DNA from: Heptranchias perlo
Taxonomy: Eukaryota
Reading direction: 5' to 3'
Assembly (NCBI RefSeq): GCF_035084215.1
Contig: NW_027139581.1
Span: 5,022,001 to 5,086,000 of the forward strand
DNA: 64,000 bases
The position numbers and the translations under genes were made by a program. Positions 46,962 to 60,995 of this stretch are shown here, one piece after another. The notes under the pieces were generated by a model, which was given only the letters and a program-made list of their open reading frames with translations, was not told the DNA's origin and searched no databases. Every line of letters begins with the position of its first letter. Within the stretch, counting starts at the first letter, position 1.

Positions 46962-49945
46962 GCTCGGGTAAGAAAAAAATGGTAATAAGACAAGTATGGC
47001 TAGAGTACAAACAAATGTTAAGATGTCTAAAAATGCGAGAAAGACCAATTTAAAGGCACTGTATCTGATTGCACGTTGCATTCGTAATAAGGTAGATGAA
47101 TTAACACTGCAAATAGATGCAAACGGATATGATATAACTGCAATTACAGAGACATGGTTGCAGGGTGACCAAGGCTGGGAGCTGAATATCCAAGCATATT
47201 CAATATTTAGGAAGGACAGGCAAAAATGAAAAGGAGGTGGGGTGGCGTTGTCAGTAAAGGATGAAATCAGAGCAACAGTGAGAAAGGATATTGGCTCAGA
47301 AAATCAAGATGTAGAATTAGTCTGGGTAGAGTTAAGAAGCATCAAGGGGCAAAAAACACTGGTGGGAGTTGTCTATCGGCCTCCAAACAGTAATGGTGAT
47401 GTAGGGGATGGCATCAAACAGGAAATTAGAGGTGCATGTAACAAGGGTACTCGAGTAATCATGGGTGACTTTATTCTAAATATAGACTGGCCAAACCAAA
47501 TTAGCAATAATACTGTGGAGGATGAATTCCTGGAGTGTGTACGAGATGGTTTCTTAGACCAGTACGTTGAGGAACCAACCAGGAAACAGGTTATCCGAGA
47601 TTGGGTATTGCGCAATGAGAAGGGATTAATTAATAATCTTGTTGTGCAGGGTTCTTTAGGGAAGAGTGTTCACAACATGATAGAATTCTTCATTTAGATG
47701 CAAAGTGAAGTAGTCCAATCAGAAACTAGGGTCCTAAATCTAAACAAAGGAAACCACGATTTTATGAGGAGTGAGTTGGCTGTGATAAATTGGGAAGTTT
47801 CATTAAAAGGCATGACGGTGGATAGACAATGGCTAACGTTTAAGGAACGAATACATGAATTGCAACAATTATACAATCCTTCCTGGCGAAAAAACACAAA
47901 ACGAAAAGCGGCACAACCATGGCTAACAAAAGAAATTAAGAATAATATCATTAAAATTAGTATCCATATAAAGTTGCAAGAAAAAGTAGCAAGACTCAGG
48001 ATTGGGAGCAGTTTAGAATTCAGCAAAAAATGATTAAGAGATTGATTAAGAGGGGAGCAATAGATTATGAGAGTAAACTTGCAAGGAACATCAAAGTGGA
48101 CTGTAAAAGCTTCTGCAAGTATGTAAAAAGAAAAAGATTAGTGAAGACAAATATAGGTCCCTTACAGTCAGAAGCGGGATTATTTATAATGGGGAACAAG
48201 GAAACGGCAGAGCAATTAAACAAATACTTTGGTTCTGTCTTCACGGAAGAGGACACAAATAACTACCCAGAAATGCTAGGGAACTAAGGGACTAGTGAGA
48301 AGAAGGAATTGAAGGAAATTAGAATTGGTAAGAAAATAGTGCTGGAGAAATTACTGGGACTGAAAGTCGATAAATCCCCAGGGCCTGATAATCTTCAACC
48401 CAGAGTACGAAAAGAGGTGGCCATGGAAATACTGGATGCATTAGTTGTCATCTTCTAAAATCTTAGAGATTATTATCAGTTCCTGCTGATTGGAGGGTTG
48501 CAAATATAACCCCACTATTTAAAACAGGATGGATAGAGAATATAGGGAACGACAGACCGGTAAGCCTAACATCAGTAGTAGGGAAAATGCTAGAGTCTAT
48601 TATAAAGGTTGTGATAACAGGACACTTAGAAAATGTCAACGGGATTAGGCAAAGTCAACATGGATTTATGAAAAGGAAATCGTGTTTTGCAAACCTACTG
48701 GAGTATTTTTGAGGATGTAACTCGTAGAATAGTTAAGGGAGAACCAGTGGATGTGGTACATTTGGATTTTCAGAAGGCCTTTGATAAAATCCCACATAAG
48801 CGAAGAGTGTGCAAAATTGAAGAACATGGGATTGGTGGTAATATACTGGCATGGATTGAAAATTGGTTGAGAGGAAACACAGAGTAACAATAAATGGGTC
48901 TATTTCGGGGTGTAGGCAGTGACTAGTGAGGTACAACAGGGACCAGTGCTTGGGCCCCAGCTATTCACAATATATATCAATGATTTGGATGAGGGAACCA
49001 AATGTAATATTTCCAAGTTTGCTGACGACACAAAACTGGGTGAGATCGTGAGTTGTGAGGTGGATGCAAAGAGGCTTCCAGGCGATTTAGACAAGTTGAG
49101 TGAGTGGGCAAATGCAGTATAATGTGGATAAACGTGAAGTTATCCACTTCGGAAGGAAAAACAGAAAGGCAGAGAATTATTTAAATGGTGATAGATTGGG
49201 AAATGTTGGTGTACAAAGGGACCTGGTTTTTTTGGTACACCATTCACTGAAAGCTAACATGCAGGTGCAGCAAGCAGTTCGGAAGACAAATGGTATGTTG
49301 GCCTTCATTGCAAGAGGTTTTGAGTACAGGAGCAAGGATGTCTTACTGCAGTTATACAGGGCCTTGGTGAGACCACACTTGGAGTATTGTGTGCAGTTTT
49401 GGTCTCCTCACCTAAGAAAGGGTATACTTGCCATAGAGGGAGTGCAGCGAAGGTTATCCAGACTGATTCCTGGTATGGCAGGACTGTCGTGTGAGGAAAG
49501 ATTGGGTCGACTCGGCCTGCATTCACTCGAGTTTAGATGAATGAGAGGGGATCTAGTTGAAACGTAGAAAATTCTGACAGGGCTAGATAGTCTGAATGCA
49601 AGGAGGATGTTTCCCCTTGCTGGGGTGTCCAGAACGAGCGGTCAGAGCCTCAGGATACGAGATAGGACATTTCGGACTGAGATGAGGCGAACTTTCTTCA
49701 CTCAAAGAGTGGTGAACCTGTGGAATTCTCGACCTAATAAGGCTGTGGAGGCCAAATCCCTGAATATATTTAAGAAGGAGCTAGATTGATTTTCAGACAT
49801 AAAAGGCATCAACTGGTATGGAGAAAGAGCGGGAAAATTGTATTGAGTTAGAGGATCAGCCATGATCATATTGAATAGTGCGGCAGGCTCGAAGGGCCGA
49901 ATGGCCGATACCTACTCCTATTTTCTATGTTTCTATGTTTTTATG
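46962..49945 (+). mobile_element. CR1 LINE with nearly full-length ORF2 (APE endonuclease plus RT), disrupted, inserted in the satellite
   Basis: AITETWL..IFRKDR, GVVYRPPN, IMGDF, DFQKAFDK.PH, ISKFADDTKLG, LYRALVRPHLEYCVQFWSP; (TTTCTATG)n tail. Confidence 0.93.
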
Positions 49946-52064
49946 CCTCTGTTATACTACACTAGACCATGTCACTGTATATAATACACTAGGTCCCCTC
50001 TCATTTATCACTGCACTAGACCATGTCTCTGTTTATATTATACTAGGCCCTCGCTCAGTTACTTCTACACTAGAACATGTTCTTGATATACTACACTGGA
50101 CCATGTCACTATATATATTACACTAGGTCCCCTCTCATTTATCACTGCACTGGACCAAGTCTCTGTTTATATTACACTAAGCCCTGTCTCAGTTACTTCT
50201 GCACTCGGCCAAGTATATGTTGATATTACACTCGGCCCTCGCTCAGTTATTTCTGCACTAGAACATGCCTCTGTTATACTGCACTAGACCATGTCACTGT
50301 ATATATTACACAAGGTCCTCTCTCAGTTATTTCTGCACTGGAACATGCTTCTGTTATACGACACTAGACCATGTCACTGTATATATTACACGAGGTCCTC
50401 TCTCAGTTATTACTGCACTAGACCATCTTTCAGTTATTACTGCACTTCACTATGTCTCTGTTTACATTACACTCGGCCCTGTCTCCGTTATTGCTGCACG
50501 AGGCTGTATCTCAGTTTATATTACACGAGACACTGTCTCAGTTCTTACTACACAAGACCATGTCACTGCATTTGTTACACTGGACGATGTCTCAGTTATT
50601 ACTGCAACAGACCATGTCTCTCTTTACATTACACTAGACCAATTCTCTGTTTACATTACACGAGAACATGCCTCTCTTTATATTGCACTAGACCCTCTCT
50701 GAGTTAGTATTAAATTAGACCATGCCTCTGTTTATATTACACCAGAACATGTCTCTGTTTATGTTATACTAGACCCTGTCTCATTTATTACTGCATTAGA
50801 CTATGTCTCCGTTTCTAATACTCGAGACCATAATCTTAGTTATTACTGTACTGGACCATGTTCCTTGTTATGTTACACTGGTCTCTGTCTCAGATATTAC
50901 TGCACTAGTCCATATCTGTTTATACTGTACTAGATTATGTCTTCGTTTCTAATGCTCTAGAGCACGTCCCTCGTTGTGTTACACTCAGCAATGTCTCAGT
51001 TATTACTGCACTAGTCCATGCCTCTGTTAATAGTACACTATAGCCTGACTCATTTATTGCTGCACCAGACCATGTCTTTGTTTATATTGCACTAGACCAT
51101 GTCTCTGCTTATGTTACACTGTGCCCTCCCTCAGTTATTACTGCACTACAACATGTCACTGTATAATTTACCCAAAACCATGTCTCAGTTATTATTGCAT
51201 TAGACCATGTATCTCTTTAAATTACACTAGACCCTGTCTCATTTAATACTGCACTGGACCATGTCTCTGCTTATATTACTCTAGAGCCTGCCTCAGTTAG
51301 CACTGCTATTAGACCATGCCTCTGTTTATGTTACACTTGACCATGTTTGAATTATAACTGCACTGGAAAATGTCACTGTATTTCTTACCCAAAACCCTTT
51401 CTCGGTTATTACTGCATTAGACCATGTCTCTTGTTATATTGCACGAGGCCCTCTCTCAGTTATTACTGCACTAGTCCATGTCTCTGGCTATTTTACACCA
51501 GATTCTGTCTCAGTTATTACTGCGGTAAGCTATGTAACTGTTTGCATTACACTAGACCCTGTTTCAGTTATTACTTCAATAGTGCATGTCACTGATTATG
51601 TTATTCTGGACCATTCCTCTGTTATTACTGCACCAGATCCTGTGCCTTTTATTCACACTGTAGACCCTGTGTTTATTATTACATTATGCATTATCTCCAT
51701 CACTGATACATTTCGCAATACCTCTGTTAGTATCACCGCACATATCTGTTAGTATTGCACTGGTATCTGGCTCCTTTATTATTACCCTAGACACTGCCTC
51801 TGTTAGTGTTATACCAGATCTTGTTTCTGTTATGATTTCACGAGAGATTGCCTAATGTCATTATTACACTGGACACTGCCGAATGTCATTATTACACTAG
51901 ACACTGCCTCTGTTGGTGTTACACCAGGCCCTGTTTCTGTTATGATTGCACTAGAGACTGTCCAATGTCATTACTACATTCCACCGTTTGTCCTTACTCC
52001 AATCAGGCAATATTATGATCTCATGCCATTAACCGTCCAGATAAATTTACAGGAATTTTATTCG

Positions 52065-55000
52065 GAACATAGGAACAGGAGGAGGCCATTCAGCCCCTCG
52101 AGCCGGCTCTGCTTTCAATGAAATCATGGTTGATTTTCACCTCACCTCCATTTGCCCACCTTTGCTCCACATCCCCTGAAACCCTGACCCAACAAAAATC
52201 TATCGATCTCAGTCCTGAAAGTTCCAATTGTCCCAGAAATCACAGCCTTTCGAGGAGAGAGTTCCAGATTTTAATTGCCCTTTGTGTGAAAACGTGCTTC
52301 CTGATTTCAGACCCGAACGGCCGAGCTGTAATTTTAAGATTATGTCTCCACATTATTGATTCCCCCACCAGAGGAAACAGGTTCTCCGTATGTACACTAT
52401 TAAATCGTTTTAACATTTTGAACACTTCGTTCAGTTCATTACTGTATGTATCTGTTATAAGTTCAATGTGATTGAATTGAACAGATTATTTTTAACCAGC
52501 GCCCACACTCTGCACTGAGGCCAACAACCCGTGCTGAAGACTGTTTTAAGTTTGGAGTCAGACCTCTGAACTACATTTTATTGCAGTACTGGAATTGATG
52601 TCTCATTTCCTGATCCAGTCCATGTCTCAGTGTAATATTTGATTCACCGCACTCATCTACACATAGTTCGTTTGAGTGTGGCAGAAGTGAGGCATTCTCC
52701 ACCTGCAAGTAAAAAACTGCATGGATCTTTCGGCTTCATTGTTTGCTGGCACCTGGTGGGCACGATTGGCATTTACACCAATTGCTAATATGAGCTTGGA
52801 AATGTCATTTCTATTACTGGCTGCTAAGAAGGAATATGAATTTGTGCGCCATCTTATCACGTCTTCCGAAGGAGGAGAGGCAATATAAACGAAATGGTTC
52901 AATATTAAACGGAGTGCAAGAACAGAGAGACCGGGGGATTCACATACATCTTTGAAGGTGGCAGGACAAGTTGATAAGGCTATTAAAAAAACATGGAAGT
53001 ATGGAAACATTTAGGACACAGAAGGAGGCCATTTGGCCTACCATTGAAGTGCAGGCCGAAAAAGAGCTACTCAGGCTAAGCCCACTTCCCAGCACTTGAT
53101 CCGTAGCCTTGTAGATTCTGACACTTCAGGTGAATATCCCAGAATTTTTAAAACTGTGATGAGGGTTTCTGCCTCCATCATCCTTTCAGATACTGAGTTC
53201 GAGACGCCTACCACTCTCTGGCTGACAAAAAAATTCCTCAGCTACCGTCTAATCCTTCTACCAATGACTTTAAATCTATAACCTCTGGTTATTGACCTCT
53301 CTGCTAAAGGAAATAGGTCCTTCCTATCCACTCTATCTGGGCCCCTCTTATTTTATACACCACAACTTAATCACCCCTCAGTCTCCTCTGTTCCAAAGAA
53401 AACAACTGCTGCCTGTCCAATCTTACCTCACAGCTAAAATTCAACAGTCCTGGCAACATCCTTTTAAATGTCCTCTGCACCCTCTCTCGTGCAATTACAT
53501 CTTTCCTGTAATGTGGTGATCAGAATTGTACGCAGTACTCAAGCTGTGGACAAACTAGTGTTTTATAAAGTTCTAGCATAACCTACCTGCTCTTATATTC
53601 TATACCTCGGCTAATAAAGGAAGGTATCCCGTATATCTTTTTAACCACCTTATCCACCTGCACTGCTGCCATCAGGGATCTGTGTACATACACTCCAAGG
53701 TCCCTCTCTTTCACTACATCTCTCAGTATCCTCCCATTTATTGTGTATTCCCTTGCATTGATGGTCCTCCCGAAATGCATTACCTCACACTTCTCCGGAT
53801 TGAGTTCCATTTGTCACTGTTCTGCCCACCTGACCAGTCCATTGATACTTTCCTGCCGTCTACAGTTTTCCACCTCACAAGCAAACACACGGCCAATTTT
53901 TGTATCATTTGCAAACTTCTTCGTCATGCCCCCTACTTTTAAGTCTAAATCATTAATATATACCACAAAAAAGCAAAGGACCTTGTACTGAGCCATGCAG
54001 AACCCCACTGGAAACAGCCATCCAGTCATTAAAATACCCGTTGACTAATGCCCTTTGCATCCTGCCACTCAGCTAATTTTGGACCCAACTTTCCACGTTC
54101 CCTTGGATTCCATGAGCTTTTAATTTTTTGACCACTCTGCCATGTGGATCTTTGTCAAAAGCCTTGCTAAAATCCATGTGGACCACATCAAACGCACTGC
54201 CCTCATTGACCCTCCTTGTTACCTCCTGAAAAAGTTCAATCAAACTAGTTAGACACGACCTTCCCTTAACAAACCCATGCTGACTGTCCTTGATTAATCC
54301 GTGCCTTTCTAAATGATGGTTCATCCTGTCCCTCAGAAATGATTCCAATAATTTGCCCACCACCGAGTTTAAGCTGACTAGCCTGTGATTACTCGGTCTA
54401 TCCTTTTCTCCATTTTTAAACAACGGTACAACGTTAGTAGTCCTCCACTCCTCGGGCACCACTCCTGTAGCCAGAGAGGATTGGAAAATAATGGTCAGAG
54501 CCTCCGTTATTTCGTTCCTTTCTTCTTTTAACAGCCTGGGATAAATTTCATCCGGGCCTGGCGATTTATCTACTTTCAAAGGTGTTAAACCCATTAATAC
54601 TTCCTCTCTCACTATGCTTATCCCATACGGGATTGTGGCTTTATAAATAGTGGCAAAGTGGACAAAAGCAAAGAAGATATCCTCAACCTTATAAAGCACT
54701 GGTTACAGCTTAACTACAGTATGGTGTCCAATTCTGGGCACCACGATTTAGGATGCATGTCAAGGCCTTAGTGAGGGTTTCAGGGGAGGTTTGCCAGATT
54801 GAGACCGGGGAAGATGGACTTCAGCTATGTGGAGAGATTAGAGTAGGAGGGACTGTTCTCCTCGGAGCAGAGAATGTTAAGGGGAGATTTAATAGAGATG
54901 TTTAAAATTATGAGGCGATGTCATAGAGTAGAAAGGGAGGAACTGTTTCCACTGTCAGGAGGGTCTGTAACCAGAGGACACAGATATGAAATAATTGGCA

Positions 55001-55275
55001 ATGAACCAAGAGGGAGATGAGGAGAGTTGTTTTTACGCAGTGAGTGATTATGATCTGGAATGCACTGCCTGAAAGGGTGGTGGAAGCAGATTCAATAGTA
55101 ACTTTCAAAAGGAAATTGGATAAATACTTGAAAAGGAAAAAGTGCAGAGCTCTGGGGAAAGAGCAAGGGAGTGGGATTTATTGGATAGCTCTTTCAAAGA
55201 GCCAGCATCGGCACGATGGGCAGAAAGGCCTCCTTTTGTGCTGCATGTTTCTCTGATTCTGTCATTCTATGAACT
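52065..55275. mobile_element. Cluster of CR1 fragments (52065-52430 minus, 53000-54625 minus, 54630-55275 plus)
   Basis: RT motifs in ORFs 54073-54699, 53583-53810 and 55044-55256. Confidence 0.88.
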
Positions 55276-55781
55276 CACACAAACTAGCAATGATGTGTTT
55301 ATTTGATATACTGCTCCCCGCTGTTTTATCATTACACAAGTTAGCCCCTTGTCACAGTGTCCAATCTCTGATCTCACAAACAGACACTTCCAAAGATCGA
55401 TTTCGAATCTTTTAAATGTAATTGACATTAAGTCCTCGTTAGTTTCCGCCTGCTGTTTGAATCCATATCCCCTTCAAAGTGGATCGAGTGGTGATAATAT
55501 TGATGATGATAATAAAATGTGCAGTGAACTGTTCCTTATGTGTTCAGAGATGCGCGCTTCGGTACAGTTCCGTTTTACAAAGATCTTTGTCACCATCTTC
55601 TGATGAAGGAACCACACTACATGCACCAGAGTAATTTTCTGAATTTTATTTATTATTGCCCATGCAAGAATTGGCATTCAAAAAGCGTCCACCAACTAAT
55701 AGAACGTCTCACAGCGATTAACAGGAGCAGGGCAATGGGAGAAAATGATGAATGGGGAGGAACGAAGGGAATTTCGAAGAA

Positions 55782-57438
55782 TCTATCTATCTCTTTATAC
55801 ATCCATCCATCTATCTATCTCTCTATCCACCCCTCCATCCACCTATCTATCTCTGTACCTATCCATCCATCTATCTTTCTCACTATCTATCCATCCACCC
55901 ATCTCTCTATCTATCAATCTATCTATCTATCTCGGTATTCATCTATCTATCTCTCTATCTATCCATCCATCTGTCTATCTGTCCATCCAACTATCTATCT
56001 CTCTTTCTAGCCAATCATCTATCTATCTATCCATCCATCTATCTATCTCTCTATCTCTCTATCCATCCATCTATCTATCTCTCTATCTATCTCGCTATCC
56101 ATCTATCCATCTCTCTCTCTATCCATCCATCCATCTATCTATCTCTCTACCCATCCGTACATCTATCTATCTATATGTTCATCCATCCATCTATCTATCT
56201 CTCTATCTATCCACCCACTTATCTATCTATCTCTCTTTCTATCCATCCATCTATCTCTTTCTATCTATCCATACATCTATCTGTCTATCTATCTATCTCT
56301 CTCAATCTATCCATCCATGCATCTATCTAACTGTCATACTCTCTCTATCTATCTATCCATTTATTGATCTATCTGTATTTCGTTCTCTCTCTATCTATCC
56401 ATCCACTCATCTATCTATCTCTCCATCTATTCATCCATCCATCTATCTATTTGTCTTTCTCTATATATACATACATCCATCTATCTATCTCTCTACCCAT
56501 CCGTACATCTATCTATCTATATGTTCATCCATCCATCTATCTATCTCTCTATCTATCCACCCACTTATCTATCTATCTCTCTTTCTATCCATCCATCTAT
56601 CTCTTTCTATCTATCCATACATCTATCTGTCTATCTATCTATCTCTCTCAATCTATCCATCCATGCATCTATCTAACTGTCATACTCTCTCTATCTATCT
56701 ATCCATTTATTGATCTATCTGTATTTCGTTCTCTATCTATCTATCCATCCACTCATCTATCTATCTCTCCATCCATTCATCCATCCATCTATCTATTTGT
56801 CTTTCTCTATATATACATACATCCATCTATCTATCTCTCTACCCATCCGTACATCTATCTATCTATATGTTCATCCATCCATCTATCTATCTCTCTATCT
56901 ATCCACCCACTTATCTATCTATCTCTCTTTCTATCCATCCATCTATCTCTTTCTATCTATCCATACATCTATCTGTCTATCTATCTATCTCTCTCAATCT
57001 ATCCATCCATGCATCTATCTAACTGTCATACTCTCTCTATCTATCTATCCATTTATTGATCTATCTGTATTTCGTTCTCTCTCTATCTATCCATCCACTC
57101 ATCTATCTATCTCTCCATCTATTCATCCATCCATCTATCTATTTGTCTTTCTCTATATATACATCCATCCATCTATCTATGGATGTATCTTTCTCTCTCT
57201 ATGTATCCATCCATACATCTATCTATCTCTCTAACGAAACATCCATCCATTAATTTATCTCTCTATCTATCGATCCATTCATTCATCTATCTGTCTATCT
57301 TTCTCTCTCGATCTATCCATCCATCTCTCTGTCTATTCCTCCATCCATCCATCTATCTATCTATCTTTCTCTCCATATAAATCCATCCATCTATCTATGT
57401 ATCTACCTTTCTCTCTGTATCTATCTATTCATCCATAC

Positions 57439-57502
<64 letters not shown>

Positions 57503-57523
57503 CTCTAACAATCCATCTATCTA
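55782..57523. repeat. (TATC/CATC)n compound microsatellite containing a 346-bp unit repeated ~3 times
   Basis: Near-identical blocks recur at 56364, 56710 and 57056. Confidence 0.93.
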
Positions 57524-57668
57524 NNNNNNNNNNNNNNNNNNNNNNNNNNNNNNNNNNNNNNNNNNNNNNNNNNNNNNNNNNNNNNNNNNNNNNNNNNNNN
57601 NNNNNNNNNNNNNNNNNNNNNNNNNNNNNNNNNNNNNNNNNNNNNNNNNNNNNNNNNNNNNNNNNNNN
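57524..57668. other. Assembly gap (145 N)
   Basis: N run. Confidence 1.
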
Positions 57669-58284
57669 ATCCATTCATCTCGCAATTCCCTGGACGGAGC
57701 CTGTGGGCTCTTATTCAGAGCCTGAGGCCTACACTAGGTGTTTTTAAGCTTCCCTGCCCACCCACAGGTCCTATTCCTCCACCATGCCCACCATCTCCGA
57801 CCGGAAACCGACGCGTCTGTTCTGCCTCAGTCAGCCGCCAACATTCGTACTGCGCATGCTCAGAGGCCAGAGTCTGCTCACCAGGCGCCTGCAGTTGTCA
57901 AAAGGACTCATTCTGCCGCGCGGGGGAATTCTGGGTAAGCACATCACCACTGAGGGCCCGAATTCGTGTCCGGAACATTATTTTACATCCCATCGGGATT
58001 GGGGCCGGAGGGTCAATGAACGAAATTAATAAATACATTGATAAATAAATTATGCAGGAACCCGAGTGCCCGGACCCTCAGCCATGGAGTGATGTCCGCT
58101 GGTCGCCAGTTTTCCTTCACTAACTCGCACCTCAGCCCCTCCCCGCCCAGTCTGGTTTAATTGCGAAATGTTTTCGAACTGTGTTTTCTAACTCGAGTTC
58201 AGGCCTGTCATTATGAAGGAAACTTACGAGGCCCCATTTTTTTGTGTGGCCGACCCGATAATAAGCTGGCAACACTTGGAACAA

Positions 58285-59515
58285 TCAGAAAATAATCAAT
58301 AAGGCCTTTATGCTGGCCTTTATATCCAGAGGACTAGAGTACAAGGGGGCAGAAGTTATGCTGCAGCTATACAAAGCCCTGGTTGGACCGTACCTGAAGT
58401 ACTGTGAGCAGTTCTGGGCACCACACCTTCAGAAGGACATATTGGCCTTGGAGGGAGTGCAGCGTAGGTTTACTAGAATGATACCAGGACTTCAAGGGTT
58501 AAGTTACGAGGAGACATTACAAAAATTGGGGTTGTATTCTCTCGAGTTTCGAAGGTTAAGGGGTGATCTGATCGAAGTTTACAAGATAATATGGGGAACA
58601 GACAGGGTGGATAGAGAGAAACTATTTCCGCTGGTTGGGTATTCTAGGAGTAGGGGGCACAGTCTAAAAATTAGAGCCAGACCTTTCAGGAGCGAGATTA
58701 GAAAACATTTCTACACACAAAGGTTGGTAGAAGTTTGGAACTCTCTTCCACAAACGGCAATTGATACTAGCTCAATTGCTACATTTAAATCTTAGATAGA
58801 TAGCTTTATGGCAACCAAAGGTATTAAGGGATATGTGCCAAAGGCAGGTATATGGAGTTAGATCACAGATCAGCCATGATCTTATCAAATGGCGGAGTAG
58901 GCTCGAGGGGCTGAATGGCCGACTCCTGTTCGAATATTCATATATTCCTAACAAGTTGTTTTTAAGATGGAAAGGAAGTGCCACTCGCAATCTCATTGAA
59001 ACGTGTAAGATTGTGAGAGGGCTTGACAGTGTAGGTGCTGAGAGGCTGTTACCCCTGGTTCGAGAGTCCAGAACTAGGGAGCATAGTCTCAGGATAAGGG
59101 GTCGGTCATTTAGGACTGAGATGAGGAGAAAATTCTTCACTAAGTGGGTGGTCAATCTCTGATAGAGTGGATAGCAAGGACTTATTTCCCTTAGCAGAGA
59201 GGTCAATAACAAGGGGTCACTGATTTGAAGTAAGTGGGAAAAGGATTAGACGGGAGCTGAGGAGAAATCTTTTCACCCAGAGTGTGGCGGGGGTCGGGAA
59301 CTTACTACCTGAAAGAGTGGTAGAGGCAGAAACCATTATAGCATTTAAAACGTACCTGGATGTGCACTTGAAGTGCCATAAGTTACAAGGCTACGGACCA
59401 AGTGCTGCAAGGTGGGACTAGGCTGGATAGCTCTTTTTCGGTGGGCACAGACATGATGGGCCGAATGGCCTCATTCTGTGCAGTAAATTTCTACGATTCT
59501 ATGATTTCGATGATT
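58285..59515 (+). mobile_element. Three tandem CR1 3' fragments
   Basis: ORF 58310-58795 RT C-terminus; repeated FRTEMRR.FFT..V.W. Confidence 0.88.
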
Positions 59516-59852
59516 CAGGGTCCCAGTGACGAGGTAAAAAGAGTGGGCGGGGCTTCAGGCTCCCAGTGACCACGTTCAAAGACTGGGCGAAGCTTCAGGG
59601 ACCCCTGACCGGGAACAAAGATTGGACAGGGTTTTCGGGTCCCAGTCACCAGGAAGAAAGGGTGGGCGGGGCTTCAGGGCCCCAGTGACCAGGAACAAAC
59701 AGTGGGCGGGGCTTCAGTGTCCCCGTGACTAGGAACAAAGAGTGGGCGGGGCTTCAGTGTCCAAGTGACTCGGAACAAAGAGTGGGCGGGGCTTCAGGGT
59801 CCTATGACCTGGAACAAAGAGTGGGCGGGGTTTCAGGTTCTCAATGACCAGG
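59515..59852. repeat. 40-bp tandem repeat x8 carrying GC boxes (GGGCGGGG)
   Basis: Unit CAGGGTCCCAGTGACCAGGAACAAAGAGTGGGCGGGGCTT. Confidence 0.92.
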
Positions 59853-60294
59853 AGAGAAAATCATTGAAGAGAATCACAGAATGGTGACAACACAGGAGGC
59901 CATTCGGCCTACGAAGCTTGTGCTGGTTCTTTGTAAGAGCAATCCATTGAGTCCCATTCCCCCGCTCTTACAGCCTTGCATTTTTTTTCCCTTACAAATA
60001 TTTATCGAATTGCTTTTTGAAAGCCACGATTGAATCTGCATCCATCACCCTTCCAGGCAGCTCATTCCAGATCATAATTACTTATTCATTTTATTCTCAT
60101 TCTGCACACGGGGTGTAGAACTGAACCCAACCAGAGTAGAGGGAGGGAGAAAACTGGGAGCAGAGGAAAAGTACGTTAGAGAGAGTGAGATGGGTTTGGA
60201 TTTCAGCACAGGAGGAGGGAGAGTTTGTGGGAAAGGGATTTACAGTCTGGGGGAATAACAAAGCAAAGAATGGTCCATGGAAACTAGAAACTGG

Positions 60295-60935
60295 CAAATG
60301 GTATGTTGGCCTTCATTGCAAGTGGATTTGAGTTCAAGAGCAAGGAAGTCTTACTGCAGATATACAGGGCCTTAATGAGGCCACACCTGGAGTATTGTGT
60401 GCAGTTTCGATCTCCTAACCTAAGGAATGATATACTTGCCATAGAGGGAGTGGAGCGAAGGTTCAGCAGACTGATTCTTGGGATGGCAGGACTGTCATAT
60501 GAGGAGAGATTGGGTCGACTCGGCCTGTATTCACTCAAGTTTAGAAGAATAAGAGGGGATCTCCTTGAAGCATAGGGCTGGACAGACTGAATGCAGGGAG
60601 GATGCTTCCCCTGGCTGTGGTGGGGGGGGGGGTCCAGAACGAGGGGTCACATTTCAGGTTACGGGGTAGGACATTTAGGACTGAGATGAGGAGAAATTTC
60701 TTCACTCTGAGGGTGGTGAACCTGTGAAATTCTGCACCACAGAAGGCCAAGTCACTGAATATATTTTAGAAGGAGCGAGATAGATTCGTAGAAACAAAAG
60801 GCATCAAGGGGTATGGGGAGAGAGCGGGAATATGGTGTTGTAATAGAGGATCAGCCATGATCATATTGAATGGCGGTGCTGGCTCGAAGGGCCGAATGGC
60901 CTACTCCTGCTCCTAGTTTCTAAGTTTCTATGTTT
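60295..60935 (+). mobile_element. CR1 3' fragment within the ZNF intron
   Basis: LAFIASGFEFKSKEVLLQIYRALMRPHLEYCVQF. Confidence 0.88.
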
Positions 60936-60995
60936 GCCTGTGCTGAATTTCTATCCTGTATTTACAATGATGATTTTTGTAAACTCCTTTTACAG

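Larger units (their letters stand above)
43020..51970. repeat. ~27-bp satellite array (TTATTACACTAGACCCTGTCTCTG-like), interrupted by LINE insertions
   Basis: Recurrent CACTAGACCATGTCTCTGTTTATATTA / CTCAGTTATTACTGCA units; homogeneous 54/108-bp higher-order block at 44752-45381. Confidence 0.9.

Noticed and set aside
55745-57380. Long SIYL-repeat ORFs
   Set aside because: Translation of the (TATC)n microsatellite.
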